Below are positions 1 through 10,051 of a DNA stretch of 64,000 nt, piece by piece. The notes beneath the pieces were generated by a model. It was not told the DNA's origin. It worked only from the letters and a program-made list of their open reading frames with translations, and ran no database searches. The translations under genes and the position numbers were made by a program. The stretch spans positions 28,801 through 92,800 of the forward strand of contig CAVWCB010000004.1 in assembly GCA_963753425.1 (NCBI GenBank). The letters are read 5' to 3'. The stretch is from an uncultured Actinomycetota bacterium. GTDB lineage: Bacteria; Actinomycetota; Actinomycetes; Actinomycetales; Cellulomonadaceae. The number at the start of each line of letters is the position of its first letter. Position 1 is the stretch's first letter.

Positions 1-1
1 A

Positions 2-88
2 CCGCTCAGGAGCTGGGTGCGGGAGGCCGAGGAGCTCGAGCTGGGCGACACGGTCACCGTGCGCATCACGGTGCTCGGCCCACGCTGA
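2..88 (+). CDS. 3' end of a DUF1905-like protein (partial)
   Basis: Frame 2 reads PLRSWVREAEELELGDTVTVRITVLGPR*, resembling DUF1905 C-termini; truncated by the window edge. Confidence 0.5.
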   Translation, partial: PLRSWVREAEELELGDTVTVRITVLGPR

Positions 89-104
89 ACGGCCACGGTG
101 AGTC

Positions 105-1184
105 TCACGCGAACGCCGCGCGCCAGAAGTCGGTGAAGATCGGCGTCGGCTGCGGGGAGGTCCACGAATCCGTGGTCAGCAGGATCGCGATGGTGTCGGT
201 CACCGGGTCCGTCCACCAGGTCGACCCCAGGCCGCCGTCCCAGCCGTAGGTGCCGGCGTGACGACCGTCGACCCGGTCCGCCACCGCCACGCCGATCCCG
301 AGCCCCCACCCCTCGACCCCGTCCGGGTCGTGCGCGCCGCCGGATGCGGTGACCATCAGTGCGACGAGGTCCGGCGCGAGCAACGAGCCGTCGCGCAAGG
401 ACCGGGCGAACGCGTGCAGGTCGGCGACCGTCGAGACCAGGCCGGCGGCCGCATCGAAGAACACCGGCCGGCTCGACCACTGCCCGTCGGGTTCGTCGTA
501 CACCGTGTCCCCCATCCACACCGGTCCGAGCCGGTGCGCCGGTGCGTGGAAGGCCGTGTCGGACATGCCGAGCGGACCTGTCACGCGCGTGGCGAGCAGT
601 CGGTCCAGCGGCATCCCGGTCGCCCGTTCCAGAAGGACCCCGAGCACCTGCGCGCCGGTGTTGTAGAGCCAGCGGGCGCCGGGCTGCGCAGACAGCGGCA
701 CCTCGCCGACGATCCGCATCCACTCGTCGGCAACCGGGAACTGCTGCGGTGCGGGAGGCCCGACGGGCAGCCCGCGCTCGAGGAGCGCGCCGAGCACCGC
801 TCCTGGGTACGGACCGTCGAAGTCCATGCCGAGCCCGAGCCGGAACTCGAGCACGTCGCGGACGGTGATGGGTCGCTCGGCCGGCACCGTGTCGTCGAGC
901 GGGCTGTCCGGGGTGCGCAGCACACGCCGGTCCGCGAGCTCGGGCAGCAGAGCGTCTACGGGGTCGTCCAGGACGAGCGTCCCGTCACCGACCAACGTCA
1001 TCGCCAGTGCAGCGGCGATCGGCTTGGTCACCGACGAGATCCGGAAGAGCGAATCCAGGTTCGCGGTGCCCGCCGCTCCGGTCGACACAGATCCGGCCCG
1101 GTCCACGAGCCAGGCGGCGCCGTGCACCTCGACTCCGACGTGCCGTCCCACCGCTTGCCCTACCGCGTGTCCGAGCTCGCCCAT
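105..1184 (-). CDS. Serine hydrolase, beta-lactamase/class C-like family
   Basis: FRISSVTK (SxxK), WLYN and GWDGGLG motifs; likely start ATG 1184 (MGELGHAV). Confidence 0.85.
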   Translation of the reverse strand: MGELGHAVGQAVGRHVGVEVHGAAWLVDRAGSVSTGAAGTANLDSLFRISSVTKPIAAALAMTLVGDGTLVLDDPVDALLPELADRRVLRTPDSPLDDTVPAERPITVRDVLEFRLGLGMDFDGPYPGAVLGALLERGLPVGPPAPQQFPVADEWMRIVGEVPLSAQPGARWLYNTGAQVLGVLLERATGMPLDRLLATRVTGPLGMSDTAFHAPAHRLGPVWMGDTVYDEPDGQWSSRPVFFDAAAGLVSTVADLHAFARSLRDGSLLAPDLVALMVTASGGAHDPDGVEGWGLGIGVAVADRVDGRHAGTYGWDGGLGSTWWTDPVTDTIAILLTTDSWTSPQPTPIFTDFWRAAFA

Positions 1185-1221
1185 GCGCACCACTGTGCCC
1201 CAGCCCGCCGACACTCCGCTC

Positions 1222-1362
1222 GTGCCGAGCCCGAGTCCATCACGAGGGCCCCCGGACGATCGTGCGGATCGACGAGGTGCCCTGCTGAGCGAGGCGATCG
1301 GGCTGCTCCTCGCGTTCGGCTTCGCGGTGGCGCTGAGCCCGTTCGCGGTCGTCGGCTGGTAG
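1222..1362 (+). CDS. Putative small membrane protein (46 aa)
   Basis: GTG start; ends in hydrophobic ALLSEAIGLLLAFGFAVALSPFAVVGW*; fills the gap before the DMT gene. Confidence 0.3.
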   Translation: MPSPSPSRGPPDDRADRRGALLSEAIGLLLAFGFAVALSPFAVVGW

Positions 1363-1380
1363 CTGCGAGAGACTGGCTGG

Positions 1381-2430
1381 GTGAGGGGTTCCGGGTTGGC
1401 CAACCGTGGCGTACAGGCCGGACTGCTGTCTGCCGCGCTCTTCGGTGCCGGTACGCCCCTGGCCAAAGGGCTCCTCGGCGACGTGAGCCCATGGCTGCTG
1501 GCCGGCCTCCTCTATGTCGGCTCGGGAGCTGGGCTCGGGCTGGCCCGGTTATGTCGACGGGCGCCTCGGGTACGCCTGGCACGGGTCGACCTCCTGCCGT
1601 TCGCGGGCGCAGTCGTGGTCGGCGGCATGGTGGCGCCCGTCCTGCTGATGGTGGGGCTGACGCGGGCGCCGGCGTCCGGCGCGTCCCTCCTGCTCAACGC
1701 CGAGGCTGTGTTCACCGCGCTGCTCGCGTGGGTCGTGTTCCGGGAGAACGTGGATCGCCGCGTCGCTCTCGGAATGGGTGCGATCGTCGCCGGTGCCGTC
1801 GTGCTGACCGTGCCGGCCGTCGTGCAGCTCGGCACGATCTGGCCGGCGCTCGCGATCGTGGGTGCCTGCCTGTGCTGGGCGTTGGACAACAACCTGACCC
1901 GCAAGGTGGCACTCACGGACGCCACCTGGCTCGCCGCGGTGAAGGGCGGCGTGGCCGGTCCGGTCAATCTCGTGCTCGCGTTCGTGCTCGGCGCGCAGCT
2001 TCCTGGCCCGGGGACGGTGGGAGCCGCGCTCGTCGTCGGCTTCTTGGCCTACGGCGTAAGCCTTGCCCTGTTCATCGTCGCGATGCGACACGTCGGTACG
2101 GCGCGCGCGGGCGCGTACTTCTCGATCGCGCCGTTCTTCGGTGCGCTGCTCGCGGTCGCGCTCGGCGAGCCGATCTCGTGGTCGCTCCTCGTCGCGGCCG
2201 CGCTGATGGGTGTCGGCACGTGGCTGCACCTGTCCGAGCGGCACGAGCACGAGCACACGCATGCGGCCCTGACGCACGACCACCTGCACGCGCACGACGA
2301 CGGTCACCACGACCACGAGCATGCGGAGCCCGTCACACCGGGGACGCGACACTCTCATCCGCATGAGCACGTCTCGGTGACACACGCGCACGCGCACTAT
2401 CCCGACGCCGACCACCGGCACGCGCACTAG
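1381..2430 (+). CDS. EamA/DMT family transporter with His-rich C-terminal tail
   Basis: About 10 TM segments, LLLNAEAVFT and WALDNNLTRK motifs; tail HEHEHTH...HYPDADHRHAH. Confidence 0.85.
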   Translation: MRGSGLANRGVQAGLLSAALFGAGTPLAKGLLGDVSPWLLAGLLYVGSGAGLGLARLCRRAPRVRLARVDLLPFAGAVVVGGMVAPVLLMVGLTRAPASGASLLLNAEAVFTALLAWVVFRENVDRRVALGMGAIVAGAVVLTVPAVVQLGTIWPALAIVGACLCWALDNNLTRKVALTDATWLAAVKGGVAGPVNLVLAFVLGAQLPGPGTVGAALVVGFLAYGVSLALFIVAMRHVGTARAGAYFSIAPFFGALLAVALGEPISWSLLVAAALMGVGTWLHLSERHEHEHTHAALTHDHLHAHDDGHHDHEHAEPVTPGTRHSHPHEHVSVTHAHAHYPDADHRHAH

Positions 2431-2452
2431 CCCTCGACCGATCGGGCGGCCT

Positions 2453-2502
2453 TTGCTAGCGTTCTGCAACAGCGTTGCAACTTGCAGCAACGTTGCAACG
2501 CT
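2453..2502. promoter_or_regulatory. Cluster of LacI-type palindromic operators upstream of the amylase
   Basis: TTGCTAGCGTTCTGCAA (2453-2469), TGCAACAGCGTTGCA (2465-2479) and TGCAGCAACGTTGCA (2483-2497); LacI gene lies just beyond the amylase. Confidence 0.7.
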
Positions 2503-2548
2503 CCCAGGGCCAGGCAACGGTGCCGGTCCGTCCGAGAGGGACCACGTG

Positions 2549-4602
2549 ATGCGAACAACGACGATCGCCACCCGACACCACCGACTGGCCGCGCTCGCGG
2601 CCGCAGCCGCCCTCGCCGTGACCGGCCTGGTCGCCGCCGGCGCTCCGAGCGAGGCGACCGCCCCCGTGCACGGCAAGGGCGACGTCATCCTCAACATGTT
2701 CCAGTGGACGTGGAACGCCGTCGCCGCCGAGTGCCCGGCGAGCATCGGGCCGGACGGCTTCGGCTACGTCCAGGTCTCCCCACCGCAGGAGAACGTCACC
2801 GGCCCGCAGTGGTGGACCTCCTACCAGCCGGTCAGCTACAAGATCGAGTCCAAGCTGGGCACGCGCGCCGAGTTCAAGGCGATGGTCGACTCGTGCGCCA
2901 GCGCGGGCGTCGGCGTGATCGTCGACGCCGTCATCAACCACACCACGGGCGCCGACCGGGGCAGCGGCATCGGCGTCGCGGGCACCACGTACGGCATCGA
3001 CTCCGCGCCCGGCGTGCCGTACGGCTACGACGACTTCAACACCTGTCGCACCGACATCGCGAACTACGGCGACCGCTACCAGGTGCAGAACTGCCGGCTG
3101 AGCTCGCTGCAGGACCTCAAGACCGGCTCCGACTACGTACGCGGCAAGATCGCGGGCTACCTGAACGACCTCATCGGGCTCGGCGTCTCCGGCTTCCGCA
3201 TCGACGCCGCCAAGCACATCCCGGCAGCCGACCTGCAGGCGATCAAGTCACGGCTGACCAACCCGAACATCTACTGGGTGCAGGAGGTCATCGCGGCCGG
3301 CGGTGAGCCGATCCAGCCGGCCGAGTACTTCGGCGTCGGGGACACCCATGAGTTCAACTACGCCCGCACCCTCAAGTCGCGCTTCGAGGGGAGCATCAAG
3401 GACCTGCGCACGATCGGTGACGGCCTCATCCCGTCCGGCGAATGCCGGAGTGTTCGTCGACAACCATGACACGGAGCGCAACGGACAGACCCTCACCTAC
3501 AAGTCGGGCGCGCGCTATCACCTGGCCAACACGTTCATGCTCGCCTACCCCTACGGTTCGCCCGCGGTGTACACGGGCTACACGTTCAGCAACGGTGACG
3601 CGGGCGCGCCCGGAGCCACCGATGCAACGACGTCCCGGACGCGAGCTGCGCCTCGGCGGACTGGACCTGTGTGCAACGGTGGACCGACATCAAGGGCATG
3701 GTCGGCTTCCACAACACCGTGGCCGGCACGAGCCTGACCGACTGGACCGACGACGGGTCGAACCTCATCGGCTTCGGCCGCGGGTCCAAGGGCTATGTCG
3801 CGATCAACAACTCCAGCTCGTCCGTGACGCGGACCTTCACCACGTCGCTGCCGGCCGGAACCTACTGCAACGTGGTCGCCGCCGCCGACTGCTCGGCAAA
3901 GGTCACGGTCAGTGGCGGATCGTTCACGACGACGGTGCCAGCCAACGGCGCCGTCGCGCTGCACATCGGCGCGACGACACCGGAGGTACGGACCCGGGGA
4001 CAGGCGCCTCAGCGACGACCGTCTACTACTCGACGGCTACAGGTTGGTCGACGTACAAGATCCACTACCGCATCGGTACAGGTGCATGGACGACGGCTCC
4101 GGGCGTCGACCTGGCGGCCGCGTGCAGCGGGTGGGTGAGCCGGACCATCACCACCGGCGGCGCGGCGATCACCGCGGCGTTCACCAATGGCGCGGGGACG
4201 TGGGACAACAACGCGTCCCGCGACTACACGCTGACCGGTGCGAACGCCGCTGTGTCCGGCGGGACCGTGACCGGCACGAACCCGTGCGCCGGAGGCGGGC
4301 CAGTGACGTCGGTGGGGGCGACGTTCAAGGTCACGGCGAGCACCGTGCTCGGCCAGAACGTCTACGTGGTCGGCGACGTCTCGGGCCTCGGCTCGTGGAA
4401 CACCTCTGCGGCGAAGCCGTTGTCCGCGGCCGCCTACCCGGTCTGGTCGGCGACCGTCGACCTGCCCGCCGGCAGCACGTTCCAGTACAAGTACCTCAAG
4501 AAGGACGGCGGCGGGAACGTGACCTGGGAGAGCGGCGCCAACCGGGTCGCGACCGTGGGCGCAGGCGGTGCGGTGACCCTCACAGACTCCTGGCGCAGCT
4601 GA
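2549..4602 (+). CDS. Secreted GH13 alpha-amylase with CBM25-like and CBM20 starch-binding modules (apparent frameshifts near 3440, 3630 and 3980)
   Basis: Signal peptide; [25 protein letters not shown] and FVDNHD motifs; C-terminal GQNVYVVGD...FQYKY...WESGANR. Confidence 0.9.
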
Positions 4603-4607
4603 GCCAC

Positions 4608-4650
4608 GACGGCCGCCGCTCCCGTCTAGTCCAGGGGTGCGGCGGCCGTC
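4608..4650. terminator. Hairpin at the amylase/LacI convergence
   Basis: GACGGCCGCCGC...GCGGCGGCCGTC inverted repeat. Confidence 0.5.
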
Positions 4651-5647
4651 GACTCGCGCACGATCAGCTCCGGCGCGAACAGCAGCTCGGTGCGACTGAC
4701 GGGGTCGCCGGCCAGCTCGGAGAGCAGGGCATCGACGGCGGCACGGCACATCGCGTCCACGGGCTGGCGGATCGTGGTGAGCGGGGGGTTGGTGTACGCG
4801 ACGAACGGGGAGTCGTCGTAGCCGATGATCGAGAGGTCCTCGGGCACGCGGAGGCGAGGGACCGGGCCGCGCGGAACGCGCCGAGCGCCATCACGTCGGA
4901 TCCGCAGATCACCGCCGTGTGCCCGCTCGCCAGCAGCTGGGAGGTGGCAGCCTGGCCACCCTCGAGCGTGTAGAGCGACGTCGCCACATGGGTCCCGGCC
5001 TCGGCGGCGTCGGCGGCCAGGCCCTGGGCGACGAGCGCGTCGACGAAGGCGGCGATCTTGCGCTGGGCGGGCACGAACCGCTCCGGCCCGATCGCGAGCC
5101 CGATCCGACGGTGCCCCAGCGAGAGCAGGTGCCGGACCGACAGGTCGATGCTCGCGACGTCGTCCGGCGACACGAACGGCGCGTCGATGTCGGGCGCGTA
5201 CCCGTTGATGAGCACCATCGGCATCGCGCTCGCGCTCAGCCTCTTGTAGCGCGACAGGTCGGCGCGCGAGTCTGCGTGCAGCCCCGAGACGAAGACGATC
5301 CCGTCCACCTTGTGTCGCAGCAGCACGTCGACGTACTCGGCCTCGGTCGTGCCGCCCGGCGACTGCGTGCACAGCAGGGGAGTGAACCCGCGCGCGGCCA
5401 GCAGCGTCTCGATGACCTGGGCGAACGCGGGGAAGACCGGGTTGGTCAGCTCGGGGACGATGAGCCCGATCAGTCCGATCGGCGCGGCTGTGAGGCTCGT
5501 CGGCCGCTCGTAGCCCAGCACGTCCAGCGCCGCCACGACCCGCTGGCGCGCGTCCTGCGAGACTCCCGGCTTGCCGTTCAGCACGCGCGAGACCGTGGCG
5601 GTGCTGACACGTGCCTGGATGGCGAGGTCCGCCAGACGTGTCCGCAT
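4626..5647 (-). CDS. LacI family regulator, MalR-like (frameshift near 4860)
   Basis: MRTRLADLAIQARVSTATVSRVLNG HTH; C-terminus VPEDLSIIGYDD...PPLTTIRQP in a second frame. Confidence 0.9.
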
Positions 5648-5753
5648 GGGCGCACCGTACCGCCTGGGCGAAGCGCTCTGGTGCGGCGCCCCCCGCGGCG
5701 CCCCGTGTTCCACCCGACCGAGGTACCCGGGAGCGTCACCCTGGTCGGCGCCG

Positions 5754-5891
5754 GGCGGTCCTGGGCCGTGAGTTCGCGCCGCGGCCGTGCGATCTGCGGC
5801 TCCCGCCGGAGAGTGCACTCGCCTGGCGGTCCTGGGCCGTGAGTTCGCGCCGCGGCCGTGCGATCTGCGGCTCCGCGCCGGAGAGTGCACT
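5754..5891. repeat. Two-copy tandem repeat, 71-bp period
   Basis: GGCGGTCCTGGGCCGTGAGTTCGCGCCGCGGCCGTGCGATCTGCGGCTCC...GGAGAGTGCACT starts at 5754 and at 5825. Confidence 0.9.
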
Positions 5892-5893
5892 GA

Positions 5894-7096
5894 TCAGACG
5901 CGGTCGAGGACCGGGGTGACCCCGTCCCGCGCGCGGCGCCCGTCGAGCACCTGTGCGGCGACGACCACCACCAGACCCGCGAGGGGCACGACGAGCAGGC
6001 CGACCCGCAGCGAGGTCTCGTCGGCGATCAGGCCGACGACGGGCGGCGAGAGCAGGAACCCGACCCGCATGAGCCAGCCCAGGACGGCCAGGCCGGTACC
6101 CGCGCGCAGGCCGGGCAGGCTGTCGGCGCCGTGCATGGCGGACGGGACCAGGGTCGCGATGCCGAACCCGGCGGCTGCGAAGCCTGCGATCGTGCCGGGG
6201 ACGGTCGGGAACGCGAGCGCGAGGCCCATGCCGACGGCGACGAGCGCGCCGCCGGTGCGGGCCATCGCCCGGTGCCCGAACCGGTCGACCATCCGGTCGC
6301 CGATCGAGCGGCCGACGAACTGCGCGCCCGTGAGCGCGACGAACCCGAACGCGGCGATCGACAGCGGGGCGCCGAGCGAGCCGGAGAGGTAGACGGCACC
6401 CCACGTGCTCCCGGAGTCCTCCACGATCGAGCCGGCGGCGGCGATCAGGACGAGCGCGGCCATGCTCCCGACGAGGGTCAGCGACCAGCCGCTGCGACCT
6501 GCGTGCTCGGCGGAGACGGGCCGATCCTCTTCGTCGTGACCCGGGAGCAGGTACCGGTAGGCCACGAGGACGACGACCGAGAACAGTGCCGCCGAGATGC
6601 CGAGGTGCAGACCGCGCGACATCCCCACGGCGACCGCGGCCGCCCCCATGAGGCCACCCGTGACGGCGCCGATGCTCCAGACCGCGTGGAACGAGTTGAG
6701 GATCGAGCGGCCGTACCGGCGTTGCACGCGCAGGCCGTGGGCGTTCTGCGCGACGTCCGTGATGGCGTCCATCGAGCCGGCCGCGAACAGGCCGAGAGCC
6801 AGCAGCAACCAGGTGCTCGAGACGCCGGCCGCGAGGACGCCGAGGGCGGTCAGGATCGTGCCGGCGACCGCGACGCGCGACGAGCGGAACCGGCGGATGA
6901 GCACGCCCGCGGCGAGGCCGGCCGCGAGGGCGCCGACCGGGAAGGCGGCGATGGCGAGGCCGTACTGGGCGTTGCTCAGGCCGAGATCGGCCTTGATCGT
7001 GGGGTACTCGGGGAACAGGTTGGCGAAGATCGCGCCGTTGGTGAAGAACAGGGCGGCGACGGCGACGCGGGCGCGGGTGTTCTGGTCCCTAGGCAA
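5894..7096 (-). CDS. MFS transporter
   Basis: About 12 TM segments; DAITDVAQNAHG and GDRMVDRFG motifs. Confidence 0.85.
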   Translation of the reverse strand: MPRDQNTRARVAVAALFFTNGAIFANLFPEYPTIKADLGLSNAQYGLAIAAFPVGALAAGLAAGVLIRRFRSSRVAVAGTILTALGVLAAGVSSTWLLLALGLFAAGSMDAITDVAQNAHGLRVQRRYGRSILNSFHAVWSIGAVTGGLMGAAAVAVGMSRGLHLGISAALFSVVVLVAYRYLLPGHDEEDRPVSAEHAGRSGWSLTLVGSMAALVLIAAAGSIVEDSGSTWGAVYLSGSLGAPLSIAAFGFVALTGAQFVGRSIGDRMVDRFGHRAMARTGGALVAVGMGLALAFPTVPGTIAGFAAAGFGIATLVPSAMHGADSLPGLRAGTGLAVLGWLMRVGFLLSPPVVGLIADETSLRVGLLVVPLAGLVVVVAAQVLDGRRARDGVTPVLDRV

Positions 7097-7847
7097 CGTG
7101 CACCTCGAGTCCCGCGCGTCGGACCTCGTCGAGGGTGTCCCGCGGGGTCTCGTCGTCGGTCACCAGCACGTCGAAGTCGGTGAGCGGGCAGACGACGGCC
7201 AGGGCGGTGCGGACGAACTTGGCGGCCTCGCCGACCAGGATCGTGCGCCGCGCGCTGGCCATCGCGGCGCGTTTGGTCGCCGCCTCGACGTCGTCGTACG
7301 CGGTGACGCCGTCGGCCATCGACAGGCCGCAGCAGCTGATGATCGCGGTGTCGACGCGCAGCGCCCGCAGCGAGGCCTCGGTCATCGGGCCGACGAGCGA
7401 CCCCTCACCGAAGCGCGACGTACCGCCGGGGACCTTGAGGGTCGTCTCGGGGCTCGCGGACAGGACGTGCGCGGCAGGCAGCGAGAGCGGGATGACCGTG
7501 AGCCTGCGGTGCTGGAGCCGTCGCGCGATGGCCAGCCCTGTGGTGCCGCTGTCGAGGATGACGGCCTCGCCGTCGGCGATCAGCCCCACGGTCAGGGCGG
7601 CGATGGCCTCCTTGGCCTTGGACGACTCGACCTCGCGCAGCGCGAACGGCAGCTCCTCGCCCCGCAGCAGCAGGCTGACGGCCCCGCCGTGCACCCGTCG
7701 CAGGGCGCCGGCCGACGCGAGAGCGTCCAGGTCGCGGCGGACGGTGACCTCGGAGGTGTCCAGCTCGACGGCGAGGTCCGCGACCTCGAGCCGCTCGGTC
7801 TCGCGCAGACGCTGCACGATGAGGTGCTGGCGGGTGGGGCTGTCCAT
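7089..7847 (-). CDS. DeoR/GlpR family regulator
   Basis: SEVTVRRDLDAL...RRVHGGA and ILDSGTT motifs. Confidence 0.9.
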   Translation of the reverse strand: MDSPTRQHLIVQRLRETERLEVADLAVELDTSEVTVRRDLDALASAGALRRVHGGAVSLLLRGEELPFALREVESSKAKEAIAALTVGLIADGEAVILDSGTTGLAIARRLQHRRLTVIPLSLPAAHVLSASPETTLKVPGGTSRFGEGSLVGPMTEASLRALRVDTAIISCCGLSMADGVTAYDDVEAATKRAAMASARRTILVGEAAKFVRTALAVVCPLTDFDVLVTDDETPRDTLDEVRRAGLEVHVA

Positions 7848-7965
7848 GGGGCAAACATACGACACGACGTTACGAATGAAAGAATCGGGTGTGTGTTTCA
7901 CCGTCGAGCACCCGGCGTCGACGACGAATAGTCTCGACTCATCCACCCGAGAGGACACCACCGCT

Positions 7966-8898
7966 GTGAAGACCTTCACCCTGCCCGGCACCGACATGGT
8001 CGTCCCGAACGTCGTCCTGGGCCTCATGCGCATCGCGGACAAGTCCGACGACGAGGTCCGCGAGCTGGTCGGTGCGGCGCGCGACTCCGGGATCGCGTTC
8101 CTCGACCACGCCGACGTCTACGGCAACGAGCTGCACGGGTGCGAGCGTCGGTTCGCGGAAGCGCTCCAGCTCACTCCCGCCGACCGCGCCGAGCTGATCA
8201 TCCAGACGAAGGCGGGCATCGTGCCGAGCGGGCCGTACTTCGACTTCTCCTACGAGCACATCGTCTCGTCGGTCGAGGGCTCGCTCGCGGCGTTGCAGAC
8301 CGACTACATCGACATCCTGCTGCTGCACCGCCCCGACGCGCTGGTCGAGCCGGACGAGGTCGCCCGCGCGTTCGACGAGCTCGAGGCGTCGGGCAAGGTC
8401 CGCGCGTTCGGCGTCTCCAACCAGACGCCGGGCCAGATCGAGCTGCTGAAGCGATCCGTGACACAGCCTCTGGTGGCCAACCAGCTGCAGCTCTCCATCA
8501 CGCACGCGCCCCTGATCGCTCAGGGGGTCGCGTCGAACATGCTGGGCGAGGACCAGTCGATCTCCCGTGACAGCGGCATCGTCGACTACTGCCGCCTGCA
8601 CGACATCACGATCCAGGCGTGGTCCCCGTTCCAGGCGGGCTTCTTCACGGGCGTCTTCCTCGACTCCGCGGACTACCCCGAGCTCAACGCCGTCATCGAC
8701 CGGCTCGCCGCCGCGTACGACGTCCCGCCGATCGCGATCGCGACCGCGTGGATCACGCGTCACCCGGCGCAGATGCAGGTGGTCCTGGGCACGACGAGCC
8801 CCTCGCGGGTGCAGGGCGCCGCGCTCGGCTCCGAGATCCCGCTGACCCGGGCCGAGTGGTACGAGCTGTTCCGCGCGGCGGGGCACATCGTCCCGTAG
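7966..8898 (+). CDS. Aldo/keto reductase (YdhF-like)
   Basis: DHADVYG, IQTKAG, LLLHRPD and GVSN motifs; GTG start after GAGGA. Confidence 0.9.
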   Translation: MKTFTLPGTDMVVPNVVLGLMRIADKSDDEVRELVGAARDSGIAFLDHADVYGNELHGCERRFAEALQLTPADRAELIIQTKAGIVPSGPYFDFSYEHIVSSVEGSLAALQTDYIDILLLHRPDALVEPDEVARAFDELEASGKVRAFGVSNQTPGQIELLKRSVTQPLVANQLQLSITHAPLIAQGVASNMLGEDQSISRDSGIVDYCRLHDITIQAWSPFQAGFFTGVFLDSADYPELNAVIDRLAAAYDVPPIAIATAWITRHPAQMQVVLGTTSPSRVQGAALGSEIPLTRAEWYELFRAAGHIVP

Positions 8899-9016
8899 GT
8901 GGGTCGTCGCGGCAGCGACGCTCGGTCGGGTGATGGAGCACCGGCCCTCCACCGCGGGGGAGAGGGATCGATACGCTGGGGAATTCCTGGCAGTCGATCG
9001 GCGCGAAGGGCAGTCC

Positions 9017-9313
9017 ATGTCGTTCCAGGCGTACCTCGACACCATCGAGGACAAGACCGGCCTGACCCCCCAGCAGTTCGTCGATCTCGCGCACGAGCGC
9101 GGCTACGACGAGCCGTCGGTGAAGTCAGGCGTCATCGTCGCGTGGCTCAAGGACGACTACGACCTGGGCCGCGGCCACGCGATGTCGCTCGTCCACGTGA
9201 TCAAGAACGGGCCGGCGATCAGCACCAAGCACGTCGGTTCGGACGGCACCCATCGGGACGAGTCCGAGACCCTCTGGCTGGCGGGCAAGGCGACGAACCC
9301 CGCTCGCACCTAG
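9017..9313 (+). CDS. DUF4287-like protein
   Basis: MSFQAYLDTIEDKTG...WLKDDYDLGRGHAM. Confidence 0.75.
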   Translation: MSFQAYLDTIEDKTGLTPQQFVDLAHERGYDEPSVKSGVIVAWLKDDYDLGRGHAMSLVHVIKNGPAISTKHVGSDGTHRDESETLWLAGKATNPART

Positions 9314-9365
9314 GCGAGCCCCGCGGCCACGCCCCGGGACGCGGTGAGCCGGTACGGTTGCGACC

Positions 9366-9974
9366 GTGCCTCAGCTCGCGACCGGACCCGTGCGCCTCGT
9401 GCGTGCGTCCGTCGTCGCGCTCATCACGGTGGCGCTGGCCCTGCTCGCGCACGTGCTCGGCGGCGGAGACGTCCCGCGCGCGATCGTGCTCGTGCCGCTG
9501 GCCGCGGTGGTGCTCGCCGCAGCCGTGCCGTTCAGCGGGCGACGGATCGGGCCGCTCGGTGCCGTGGTGCTGGTCGGCGTCGGTCAGCTGGCACTGCACC
9601 ACGCGTTCGGCCTGCTCGGCACCATGGGCTGTGAACCCGCCGCCGAGATGGTCGGGCACTCGCACACGGTCCAGCTCGCCTGCACCGCGGCGCCCGAGCA
9701 CATGGCGAGCTCGGGCGGAGCCGGGATGTTCGCGCTGCACGTCGTCGCGACCTTGGTGACCGCCCTGCTGATCGCCGGAACCGACCGAGCGATGTCGTGG
9801 ATCTCGGCCTGGTTGCGTCCGCTCGTCGCGCTGCTCGCACCGGTCGTCCTGCCGGCGTCGGCTCCCCTGCCCGTCCGCGTCGAGACCTCCCGGGCGGTGG
9901 GTCGGCGCGACGTCGGCGTCGTCCCCCTGCGCGGACCGCCGACGGTGATCGCGCACCTCACGCTGGCGGCCTGA
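9366..9974 (+). CDS. Membrane protein with His/Met/Cys-rich loop and C-terminal RGPP motif (candidate regulatory leader ORF)
   Basis: About 4 TM segments; QLALHHAF, GCEPAAEMVGHSHTVQLAC, EHMASSGGAGMFALH; RGPP codons at 9930-9941. Confidence 0.75.
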   Translation: MPQLATGPVRLVRASVVALITVALALLAHVLGGGDVPRAIVLVPLAAVVLAAAVPFSGRRIGPLGAVVLVGVGQLALHHAFGLLGTMGCEPAAEMVGHSHTVQLACTAAPEHMASSGGAGMFALHVVATLVTALLIAGTDRAMSWISAWLRPLVALLAPVVLPASAPLPVRVETSRAVGRRDVGVVPLRGPPTVIAHLTLAA

Positions 9975-10051
9975 CCTCTCGGAGGACGGGTCGGCCCGGT
10001 CGTGCGCGCCTGCACACCCTCGTCGACCACCCCTTCCTCAGGAGTACTCCC

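Noticed and set aside
105-1184. Beta-lactam resistance gene
   Set aside because: Generic serine hydrolase with no signal peptide; no evidence for beta-lactamase activity.
1222-1260. RGPP in the small ORF upstream of the EamA gene
   Set aside because: It lies near the N-terminus of a doubtful ORF, and RGPP arises easily by chance at high GC.
258-2366. Long Arg/Pro/Ala-rich alternative-frame ORFs (also 49140-51929, 35912-38257, 58603-61392)
   Set aside because: These are shadow ORFs of real genes in high-GC DNA and carry no motifs.
5754-5891. Possible CRISPR array
   Set aside because: Only two adjacent units, no unique spacers and no cas genes.
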